From positions 1,313,941-1,377,940 of the forward strand of contig BCIN01000003.1 of NCBI GenBank assembly GCA_039545335.1: a stretch of 64,000 nt of DNA, in the 5' to 3' direction. Origin of the DNA: Kondoa subrosea (taxonomy: Eukaryota). Each line of letters opens with the position of its first letter. The first letter of the stretch is position 1. Shown piece after piece: positions 51,365 through 62,407 of this stretch. A model generated the notes under the pieces. The model had not been told where the DNA came from and did not search any database. It saw nothing but the letters and a program-made list of their open reading frames with translations. The position numbers were made by a program, and so were the translations under genes.

Positions 51365-53256
51365 ATGTCCAGCCTGAGTACTGCTCGCTTGCTTCAAGCA
51401 CTACCTACAGAGTTGCGCTATACTCTTACCTCTTCCGCTTTCTGCCTTCCTCGCAGAAATGCATCGACTCAAGCTGAAGCATCTACAAACGCACCTGTTA
51501 GAAATCGCAATAATATACTCAGGGAACCGCAAAGACGACCAGGCTCTTATAAACCACCTTCTCACTTCAGGATTTCCCACACTCAGCGGTTCACTGATCT
51601 ACTTCTGAATTCACCTTACTCTGCATTGGAAACTTTAACGTTGGAATTAGAAAGAGTAGCAGATTTAGGCAAAGTATCTGCCTGTCTGCAACTGTGCAAA
51701 GAAATTCAGAAAAGATTAGTCTTCTCTGCTGGTTCTGAAATCGCTCGACCGGATCTCAGAGTTTACAAAGCCATGCTCAAAGTGTTTGGCTCCCAAGGAT
51801 TCATGCAAGAGTGTGAGAATACAATTCAGGATATGTTAGCTATTGATGTGAGGCCGGATATTGGTATTTATAATTTATGGCTTCAAGTCAGTTTTGGGAT
51901 CTTATCATGCGAAAGAGGCTGATTGAAGGCAATATCAGGCAGCAGTCAAGAGTCAAAATTCTATATCACATATATTGGACGCAATAGAAGAGCAAAAACT
52001 ACCTTACAATGCGACAACCTATCAACACCTTATAGCCTATCACACCAGTCGCAAGAACATCGAATTCGCTCTCCTTGTGCTTGAAGAAGCACAGAGGAAG
52101 AAGATAGCGCCTACGATTGAAACTTACGAATCTATCATTCTCCTTGCCGTACATTTGCAGCAGCCTGGCTTAGCCCACGATCTACTGAAAACAGTGCAAG
52201 TAGATTCCTCGAGGCAGCTGCAACTACCTATTCTTGTACGAGTACTGGATGTATGTGCCTCGGAACACTATGTGAGTTCATTTCGTCTATATCGCTTTTT
52301 TATTCAGCTTGAAGCTTAATTTTATCTATCAGACTCCTGGTCTGCTCGATCTTTACCCTAGAATAGTGGATGAATACAAATTCCGTCCCACTACTGGTCT
52401 TCTTCTCCTCATATTAACCAATGCAGCTAGACTGGGCAAACCTGATTTAGCTTTCAAAGCCCTTGCTCATCTTCGCGCCAAGTCTACTATGCCAGTCAAG
52501 ATTGCCGAATATCATATGGCTCCCCTTATTGAAGCTTTATGCAGAGATGGTCAAATCAAACGAGCTGTGGAATTGATCAGTACAATGGGAATGAATGGGA
52601 TCGTTCCTTTACAAACCACCGCTCTCCCTATCTATGAAGCTATTATTCTTTCATATCAAGCTGAAGAAGCAACAGACGAACAGTTATCGACTTCTCTGGA
52701 TGAAGCTTACGAACTCGTCAATTCCCTTTACGCTTCCGATCCAGCTAAAGTCGATATAACAGTCCTTAACGCTCTTTTAGCGGCTTCCATTAAGCTCAAT
52801 GATTTACATCGAGCTTTAACGACCTACAAAGATCTTGATTCTGTAAAACCCGATATTCATACTTACAACACACTTTTGCAAGGTTGTATCGACCTTCGAT
52901 TACGTTCATTAGGCGATTCCTTATTAGAAGAATTAAAACTAAAAGAATTGAAACCCGATACCAAGACGTACGAACAATTGATCGAGTTGTGCGTGGTTTG
53001 TCAAACCGGAGGCGATTGGAAAGATGGTTTGGGTTATTTGGAAAGTTTAACTTCTTATGGTGTGGTCCCAAGTTTGAACGTGTATGTGGCTGTTGGAACA
53101 AGAATGGGTTGGGAAGGAGATCAAGTTGCTTTGGATGATTTGTTGTTTGAAGTTCAGGATAAATATGGAAGGCAAGGAGAAAACGTTGTGAGAAGAGCGG
53201 CGGATGTCGGTGCACGGGATCGAGAAAGAGAAGAGCAGGAGATCGCCGATAGCTGA
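51365..53256 (+). CDS. Mitochondrial pentatricopeptide-repeat (PPR) protein
   Basis: Presequence-like N-terminus; PPR motifs PDLRVYKAML, RPDIGIYNLWL, PTIETYESII, KPDIHTYNTLLQGC, KPDTKTYEQLIELC. Confidence 0.88.
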
Positions 53257-53729
53257 AATGCTACTGAATCTTTGCATTAAGGTGAGTTATTACTGATCGC
53301 TAATATATATATGAGCTGGCGCGTACAATGCTGATCGTAAACACAGACCTGGTATCTGCTTATCGATCATTGTATCCAAGGCGTTGAATGCAATATCTCT
53401 TTTCATCGATGGTACTCTCGGACTAACCTTTGTTTTATTTGGCTGAAATCGGAAATTTTGGCTAGATTGAACACTGCTCTGCTTTCACTCGTTGTATTTC
53501 TCTGGGTATCAGACTATCAGTCACTGCAGCGGTGCACAGACAATGTAAATTTCTGGCACCAATTCTAGGCAGCTAGCCGACCGGAATCTTATCGTTCTAT
53601 GGCTATTTCGTCTCTGCTCAGTTCTCGTGCGCATCGCCGAGATCTATCTTGAGCTGGCCATCTTCCTCTTGCTTTATTCTTTGATCCGAAACACCTATTT
53701 CGCATTGCCCTTTGTTCTAGAATCACGCG

Positions 53730-54247
53730 ATGTTCAATTCGTTGATGAAATTTCCATTCCTATCCTCTTCCTTCGTTTATCTATCTATGGCTTTTCATTA
53801 TAAGAAAGGTTAGCATCACCAAATAGAGGCCAGAACCAATTAGCTGATTGTCCGCTTTCGTGAAGACGACCTCGAAGTCTCTAATTTGACGCCCATCGCG
53901 AAGAATGCATTAAGCGCTCGAGTCCTGTTTAACGGACATACGTGTGAGTGTCAGACGCGGAACAGGCGGAAAAGACCCTAACTCATAAGCCCAACTATAC
54001 AGCCCATGTTCATCTATATTCAGGAACTCCATCTGAAGAATTCATCGAGGCACTGAAGACAAAGCCAATGAACGCTCAGGCGGCCCATTATCACTACAAT
54101 ACAAGCAGCAACAAGCTGAAGCAGCTTGAAAAGCCACCTGGACATCCAGGACTTAAACCGAGCCAGGTCAAAGTGCTATATGGACAGATGCAGAAGAGTC
54201 TTCAATTATCCACTCCGGCGAGCAAGAAGGCGATTAAGTTGGAATGA
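53730..54247 (+). CDS. Small basic hypothetical protein (start and splicing tentative)
   Basis: ORF 53948-54247 preceded by plausible short exons and GT-AG introns from about 53730. Confidence 0.4.
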
Positions 54248-54378
54248 TAGCATGCGACTTGGCTTGAATTCGCGGTGGTAGATGCGAAGCGATGGGTTAC
54301 TCATGTACCGTAGCTGTCGGCTGTAGCTGACTGCGAAGCCAATCGAGAATCACGTTTCATCGTTTCACCGCCATAGCA

Positions 54379-54807
54379 TTGACATGTATACTTGGTGCTT
54401 CTGGCGACGGGGAGTTGGAGCAAATCGTTGCAGAAGGTGTCGACAAGCAACAGGTTGGCTTTTTTGGAGAAAGCACCCGGAGCTCCAGGTGGCTTACCTG
54501 CAGTACGCGAATAGGGTCATAAGTTATGGGTTTGTATAATGTCTCTGGTCACGAATTGTAATGGTGATTCAGGTTTACAGGTCTCATTGCTCCTCTTGTG
54601 TGTGCTCTTTGCATTGCTTCAACAGCTGCTCAGCTATCACTGGACCTTTCACCAGACATTAGTATGTGACAATTCGAAGGTCTTATAAGCTTTGAGGAAA
54701 CGCAGTCGTGCATTGTCTTACGTATGATTTGGGACCGAGAAGGATCGCAGACCATTAATTTACGTCGGTGCCATATCTTCTTCAGATATCATTTTCACTT
54801 GCCACTG
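54379..54807 (+). repeat. Left arm of about 400-bp inverted repeat; degenerate copy of the transporter's last exon, 3'UTR and downstream intergenic DNA
   Basis: Reverse complement of 56722-57122 aligns by eye (e.g. identical core TTACCTGCAGTACGCGAATAGGGTCATAAGTTATGGGTTTGTATAATGTCTCT); encodes GASGDGELEQIVAEGVDKQQV, frameshift, AFLEKAPGAPGGLPAVRE*; extra segment of about 35 bp at about 54660-54695. Confidence 0.93.
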
Positions 54808-54940
54808 TAGTTACAGGGTGCAACGCAATAAGCTCCTTGAGCGCATTACATAGGCTGACTTCTGTTGATCTCGGAATATGTTCGATAGTAGTGAAAGAGG
54901 ACAGTACGATTGAACAGTATTGCATTGCATGCTACGATAA

Positions 54941-56571
54941 TTAGCTATAGACAAGTAAACTAGATGGATCAAAACCATCATCCGAATCGTCCATATCTTC
55001 ATCTTGCTCGAGCTCTTCCTGCGCTTCCAACACAGGCTGATTGTCAACCACTATTGCTGTTGACGTAGGGTCTGGTCCTTCTTTTGCCTCTTCGGAGCCA
55101 GACTCAGAATCGAACTCATTGCTATCGACGGAGATGTCATCGTCAGATTCATCTATCTCTCCTTCTTCCACTTCCTGCTCCTCTTCATCTTCACCTTCAT
55201 CTTCCGAAGCCACAAATGTAACAAAGTCCGAATTGGCTTTGACATCGTCAGTCTTGCGCTTTCTACCGACCACCACGGAAGGTACAGCATCGATGTCGAA
55301 CGCTGGTAATGCTGGTTCAATCGCTGAAGATGTAGAAGCGACCGGCGGTAGAGATTCTGGTTGAGCTTGATGTTTGCGCCGAATCACATGAGGTAGTTTG
55401 CAACCCTTGGTGGTACAAGTACCTGTCGAACTGAACTCTGGACATTCGTTGACATGTTTGCTTGGACATTGAAGTCCCTTTTCACACCAACCAATTACAG
55501 CAAAGTCTCGACAGACAGTAGCTTCTGGAGAGACATGCACGTGAGGGTAGATGCAAGATGAACCATTCTTGCAATTTGGATAATGCACACAATGCGGCAT
55601 GCGGTGCGGGTCCGGAGAATGAGAAAGAGCACAGGTCGCCGCTGTGAGGTCGCAATTGTTTCTGAGAAAGCGAGGACAAATAGAGACCTTGTCTGAGTCG
55701 TGAATGTAAGGGCAGGTAAGCGCGTTTCGACATTCGCCTAGCAATGTGATCAGTCATTCATAGGAACAAGGGTTGTGAGATTGCACCTGTCTTGATGAAG
55801 AAGCGGCAGAGAGAGTTCTTCTTCTTGACCATCTTGTGTCTCGGTAAAGGTTTGATCGGCCTCCTTGCATTCGGTCGACTGGTGACATGCTTGGCGGAGA
55901 GAAAACGAACGCAGAAAAGAGCTTACCTTCGCGCAGTCTGCATGTTTTTCACAACTCCTACTAATGAATTCAAGCGCTGGTATTTCGCTTGAAGGTCTCG
56001 CTTCTGCACCAACGACTTTGCTATTAAGTTGCCAGATTTGGTTCGAACATAATCTTGGCCGGCCACTGACACGCGACTAGGTGTATTATTCTCTGCTGTA
56101 GGTACTGTTTTGACTGGTGTGCCGGTCGATGCTGGACAGGCTGTTTGATTGTTAAGAATCGATTATGATGTACGGACAAAATGACAAACTAGACTTGCGA
56201 ATCAGACGACGTCCAGAAGGATCGCTGACAAATATCACGCCATTGACAATGATATCTTTGGGCTGGCCAGATCCAGCTGCTTTGCTGGAGGTCGACAAAG
56301 TACTTGTGCTCGCTTGTGGACCGTTCAAGACTAGCTTTCGATGCTGCGAAGGTGCCGGAGCTGTGGCAACATGCGAAGTGACAACAGACGTCGCAGGAAG
56401 AGCAACGGAGCCAGTCCTAGCCAATCCAGGTGCGACCCAAGTATTATTTGTATTTCGAGGGAAAGGCGATATCCCACGACCTCTGCCACGACCTCTAGCT
56501 GTACCCCTAGGTGCACCTCTGCCCCTGCTGGCACTGCCGCTATAAGACAGGATAGGTGTTGAAGCGGACAT
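54941..56571 (-). CDS. Tandem CCCH zinc-finger protein (ZC3H3/Red5-like)
   Basis: C-x7/8-C-x5-C-x3-H repeats: CPYIHDSDKVSICPRFLRNNC...CALSH, CVHYPNCKNGSSCIYPH, CRDFAVIGWCEKGLQCPSKH, CPEFSSTGTCTTKGCKLPH; RGG-rich N-terminus, acidic tail. Confidence 0.85.
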
Positions 56572-56721
56572 TTCTATCAGCTTATAGCGCTTGTTCTTCT
56601 ATTATGGCTAAGCCCAGAGGTATACGAGCGTAGAACTCTACGCGCTAGTGCTGCCAATGGGCCAAGGTATATGATGAGATGGTGTTTCGGGAAAAGGCCA
56701 AAAACATTGTTTTTAGATGCG

Positions 56722-57122
56722 CAGTGGCAAGTGAAGATATCTGAAGAACTGAAGAAGATATCGCAACATCCTAAGGTGACATTTCGCGACCATTCTCGGT
56801 CACAAATCGCACGCAAAACAATGGAGCGATGCGTTTCCATCGATGTCTGGTGAAACGTTGATTGATAGCTGAGCAGCTGATTCAACAATGCAAAGAGCAG
56901 AAGAAGAGGAGCAACGAGACATGTAAACCTTGAATGACCATTGCAATTCGTGACTAGAGACATTATACAAACCCATAACTTATGACCCTATTCGCGTACT
57001 GCAGGTAAACCACCTGGTGCTCCAGGCGCTTTCTCCAAGTAAGCAACCTGTTGCTTGTCGACACCTTCTGCAACGATCTGTTCCACTTCCCTGTCACCTG
57101 AGGCGCCAAACACTTATGTCAA
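56722..57122 (-). repeat. Right arm of inverted repeat (functional last exon and 3'UTR of the transporter plus upstream region of the CCCH gene)
   Basis: Matches 54379-54807 in reverse complement. Confidence 0.93.
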
Positions 57123-59432
57123 AGAAAGGCCCAAAAAAAAGTGGAAAAAAAGGAAGAAAAGCATACCTGAGGCACCAAACAATCTGTCCATGTACTCTAA
57201 TGAGAGCCCCTTGGTCTCAGGAATGAACTGATAAACGATCATGAGCGTTAGAACAATAAAGAACCAAGAAAAACGAACAAAGTAGACGAACTGGACGCAA
57301 CAGATGAGCTGAGATACGACAAAGGAAAGATTAGGGACTTACAGGTGCGGCACAGATGAAGATTGAACCGAAGATGAAGTAGGTATGGACACCGACACCA
57401 TTGAGAGCAGCTGGCATGATTCTAACAATGGCGAAAGTGCTAAAGAGAAGATTAGCGGATGGGAAACACCACTGACTTATGAACTCACCAGAGCCATTGC
57501 CACATCAAGCACAAGGTCATAGAGATAGTTCTGTAACGAATGGTGAAGATTTCGGAAAGAAGTGTAAGAGGGACTGAGTTCCATCCGAAGCAGTAACCAG
57601 CGGCGTAGAGGAAGAGAGCAGTGATGACAGTGTAGTCACCAGCACTTCTTGCACTTGTGCCATCTCTTGGCCCAGCAGCAGTAAGATAGATACCCATGTA
57701 GAAGAGACCTGAGAGACATCTTAGCTCAAGTATGGCAAAGAAGAGTGGTGCGACTTACATCCACTGAGCAAACAGGATCCAGCAATGAGCGGAATACGGC
57801 GACCGACGCGATCGACGATGAAGAGACCGAAGATTAAAGTGAAAGTGAATTTGACTGTTCCATAGATACCAGTAGCAAAGAGCGAGTTCTTTGTTCCTTC
57901 AAATCCGAGCTGTTCGAAAATGCGAGGAGAGTAGTAGTTGATGGCTTGCACACCTGGAAGTGCAAGAAACATATGAGTATTAAACACTTTGGATGTAGAC
58001 ATCCAACTTACCAGAGAAAGTCTTGAAACCAATGAGGGCGAGACCGAAACCAACACGCTTCATGTGAGGCTTAGAGCGGAAAAGCTCCTTAATAAGACCG
58101 AATAATGAAGCATCTCCTCTGATAGCGCGTTCAGCTTCGACTGCTGCCTTGGTTGAGTTCATTTCGAATTGGATGTATGGATCAGAGGCTGGCAAGTTGC
58201 GAATGAAGCAAAGAGCTTTGAGCGATTCTTCTTCTCTGCCTTTGGACATAAGCCATCTTGGGGATTCCTAAATCAACGGGTTGAGCGTATGCTAGTGGTT
58301 AGAGATGACCGACTCACAGGAATGAACCAGATACCGATCAAAAGGAAGGCAGCAGGGAAGAACTGTACGAATACAGGCAATTGCCATTGGAAGCGATTTG
58401 ATTCAAGAGTTGATTGAATTCCAAAGTTGATCCAGAAGCCTGCCAATGTACCGACTTGGATGAAGATGTCGAAGAACCCGACTAGACGGCCACGAATGGA
58501 GGCAGGAGCGACTAATGACCGAGCACACTCAGCCCAAAAAGATAGTCTGAACAATGAAGAGGATCTCACATTCGGAAAGCTGAAGAACATTGTTTGAGCC
58601 AAGGAAGTATAGAGCAACGGAAAAGACTTACGTAGACGGGAATAACCAAACTCAAGAAACCGACAGCGAAACCTCCCAGGAAACGACCAAACATGAATAC
58701 TCCCACAGATCCGGCAGCGAAAGTTTGAGCAAAAGCACTTGCTACGAAGAGAATGCAAGAAAAGAGGATTGACCATTTGCGACCAAACTTCTCAGTGAAG
58801 GGAAGTTGTAGACCAGCACCGAAGCTAAGCAACACTTAGGACGATGTACAATCCCATAGCGTTCTTACTCACAAGGAACCGCCTTGGAAAAGAGAGACCA
58901 AGTTCTGAGATGTATTGGAAGTGGTCGATCCCAATTTGAAATCTCTTTTGAAACTGTACCAATTGTCAAATTATAGAAAAAAGTAGCAACAAAAGCTAAC
59001 GTACCTAGGCAGAGCTAGAGTTCCGCCGAAACTTTTGGTTAATGCATTAGCCCATAAGAAAGGCAAGACGGAATTCAGTAAACTAACAATCCGGTATCGT
59101 CTGGACGAGAAACTTGAGCGGGAGCTGCCAGAAGTGAAGAAGAAGACTTACAGCCATAAGCAGCGGCACCCATGCACAAGATCAAAGCAATGAGATAGGT
59201 CTTGAAGTTGTGAATAGCCTATTGTTGCAAAGTTGTTAGGCCATACACTTGATGACAAGAAGAAGAAGAAGAGATGTACCTTTGGTTCTGGTACAGCTTC
59301 AGCTCTGTACTCAGCAGTAGTTTTGGCGTGAGCGGCAGAAGCATTGCTCTTCCAAGTGGAAGTGCGTTTGCGGAACTGCTGTTGTTCAACATCGTTGCCC
59401 TTGTCGCTGAAGAAACTCTCTTGTCGCTGCAT
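56988..59432 (-). CDS. MFS sugar porter, quinate-permease-like
   Basis: KFGRKWS, GRFLGGFAVG, APASIRGRLVG, AINYYSPRIF, IVDRVGRR, SEIFTIRYR, FIPETKGLSLEYMDRLFG; ends GLPAVRE*. Confidence 0.92.
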
Positions 59433-60742
59433 GATTGTGTGAACCTTGGAGAGACTGGAGAAGAAGAGTTGGGGTTGAGAAAGAAGAGGGGAAGATAAAA
59501 ATTAAAGTAGACAAGAGAATAAGGGAGTCGGGAGTACACAGCCTCTAAGGCTGTGCTAGTGAGGCGGCCCACTATCTCCTCAATTACGATCATTAGTTTG
59601 CCAAGCTTTCTCTATCGTCGCTGCTTTGTGACCGGAAAAATGAGAAACCTGACATCGGGATTTGCAGGCACGAAGAGCCACGGTAGAAGACTCGAACAGC
59701 AACGATAGGAAGGTAGATTGGCATTGCTGCATTGACCAGAAAGGGTTTGTGATGAACTTTAGCCTTTTTGGAGTACCAAGACTTTTTTCGCCCATTTTAC
59801 TGGAAAAACCGTTCTTGCCGGTTAGGAAATTCCTGAACGGTCCTGAATAATGAATCACGGTTCGAGCGTGGGCGATTGAGAAGAAAAGGAGTCACATACC
59901 ACAACTGCTCGTTGCAGCACAGAAAGATCGGGCGAAAACAGCAAAAGATCGAATTGACAAGAAGTGGAATCGACACAAAATAGACTGCAAAACGGGAAGA
60001 AGAAGCACAGGGCACAGGCTGATACTGTATACTAAGGCAGCGAGATCATATGCAGTAGCAATCTTCGAGGGCCAAATCATAAATCTGCAACGAGCAAAAA
60101 GCTTTGATGGTCTTGAGTCCTTGACCATGTGGTAGAAGTAAGAGTCCGCAAAGAGAACATAGTACGCAGTGAAACGCTGCTTGTTGCATAGTGATCTGCG
60201 TAGGGTTACCTGTTACCTTTGCTCAACATAATGTTTTTGATTGGCAAGATGTAAATGTCTCGCAGTAACGCATTGAAGTCTGAGGCTGCGGATCGAGTCG
60301 TACACATTACTGAACACATCATTAGTGGGAGAAGATATAAAGATAGAGAAAGATCTTACCTACATGTCAACACACCATGTTACAAACTGAGCCTATCCCG
60401 AAGATTACTAATCTCCAAAGAAGCGAGAGCGAGTTGTTTGATCACTGGTATTCATGTAACACCATGCACGCTCATTGATATTTGCTGAAGTCGCGTCTTC
60501 GCAGGTGCGGATTTGGCATATGTACAGTGATCAATAACATTCGAAGGATGACGACTGAGAACAGCTGGGCGAGAGAAACCGTGAGCAACGAGAGAATGGA
60601 ACCTATAAGATGGACGTACAGAACCAGGCGACCAAAGTGTAAGCGAAGGAAAGCGACCGAAATACAGTCGCCTAAATAGTAAAGCGTTTATAGCCGACCA
60701 ATTATAATCTGGTTCCAGAGTTCCATAACAGCTAAGCTTCTT

Positions 60743-62303
60743 CTATACTTTCGCAAGCAGCATCTTGAGCGTGAGTAAGACGTGGCGTAAACTTCTAGTC
60801 CAAGTTTCATCCGAAGAAAATTGTAGCTTGATGCTAATGGAACCAATTTTATCTTTCGAGACTCTGTTACCACAGTCAGACTACGTGCTTGGGAAACAAC
60901 AAGACACAAAACTTACTCGAAGGGTAGTCTGAAACCCGGTTCTCGCTTCACCGCTACATCCATGATTTGCTTCATGCAATCTAACAAAGCAACCATAGCC
61001 AAATCGAATCGTCGGTTCTGTAGATATCGACCAAAAGCGAAGTCACCAGAACCATATAATTCCATAGTATATTTGTCCGCGATTCTTTCAATTCGGGAGT
61101 ACGAAGCCATAGGTATGAGCCGATAGCTAGAATCTCAGAATCAGCGCATGTCAGAGAGAGTACATGCTATACTTACGTTTCGAAAGTATAGTCCCACTTC
61201 CTTGCGATAGTATGAATCAAAAGCATAGTATGACCCCAAGCAGCATTGATTTCAGGCCATTCGACTGGAACATTAGGTAATCTACCTAAGCGCAGACCGT
61301 TGATTGTCGCCAGACCGCCTTCGTGGCCGATGCAGAAAGCATCATCTTATCAACGGTAGGTCAGCTTACGATTGTTGGTTGCAAGGAATTGAGCATACAG
61401 TATACATTGGTCTTTTGCAACTTCTCAAGTTCTCGAGAGTCATGTTCGTAGCGCGCCTTGAGAGAATCAGCTTCATTTTGTAGCGATTGCAGTTCGAGTA
61501 TGTAAGCTGAATGATCTGCCCAGAATCTGCATCGCTTCAATTGAAGATACGAAAGATGAGTAACGGAACACTTACTGCATCTCTTCGGCTTCCAATGCTT
61601 CTTCTTCTGCATCGAGGTTTTTGAGTTGTGATTGTAATTCATCAAGTTCAGCTTGAGCGAGTTGCATCTCCTTGACCGCGCCGATTTCCTCCTCCTTCAG
61701 CTGTATGGTATGTAAGTATGAGTTGGCCTCCTCATGCAGATGCCCGACCTTGCTGATTTCCTTTCGCAATCGCTCGCCTTCAGCGGGGTCCACTTTCGTC
61801 TGACTTAATTGCTTCTCGTAGCTTAGATATCTCTCGCGTTCCTTCTTGACCTGTTCCAGTTGCTTGTTCATAGCTTCTTGCAATTGCTCAGCGCAGTCGG
61901 TACATAATGGATGGTCAACTTCTGTTCGTTCAGACAACAGATTGTAGACATTTTGCGATACGTCCAGGTGATGAGAGAGAGAATTGTTCTTTGCTGCAGA
62001 AGTTGTTGCAATAGTGGAAGAAGAGGGCGAGGGCCTGACTTGGGAGTCTGTCAAGACAACGAACGATTCTGTCGGAGCGCTGGAACGAGAAGGTATAGAG
62101 ACGCTTCGACGTGACACAGGGGAAGCTGGTCTGGCAGGTGTGATACCATAGGCTGCTTGCAAAGACGGTGGCAGGCGAGCGAGATGTGTTGACGAGTTAT
62201 GATGCTGAGCTGATGCAGGGGAAAGGTGTGACGAGAGCAAATCAAAGCTACTCTCCTTCAGACTGCTATTACGTATAGATTGTTTGCAGCGTTGGCACGC
62301 CAT
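60743..62303 (-). CDS. ATG6: Beclin-1 / Atg6 / Vps30
   Basis: [23 protein letters not shown], coiled coil, [11 protein letters not shown]...[32 protein letters not shown]. Confidence 0.96.
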
Positions 62304-62407
62304 GAGTATAAGTGGTATATGCGTGGAAGTACGAGACAAGACTTGGGAATGCGAAGTCAACAAGACCAAGAGGCAAGGTACTCCCTTTCCTTTGCACTAG
62401 ACATAGT

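Noticed and set aside
54390..54500. Two-hairpin fold suggesting an H/ACA snoRNA or SRP RNA
   Set aside because: No proper H box or SRP motifs; the region is explained as a copy of the transporter's last exon
54379..57122. Mutator/Pack-MULE-type transposon with long TIRs
   Set aside because: No transposase and no target-site duplication seen; one arm is host coding sequence
4207..62303. ATG3 and ATG6 in one window as an autophagy cluster
   Set aside because: About 55 kb and more than 25 unrelated genes apart; probably coincidence
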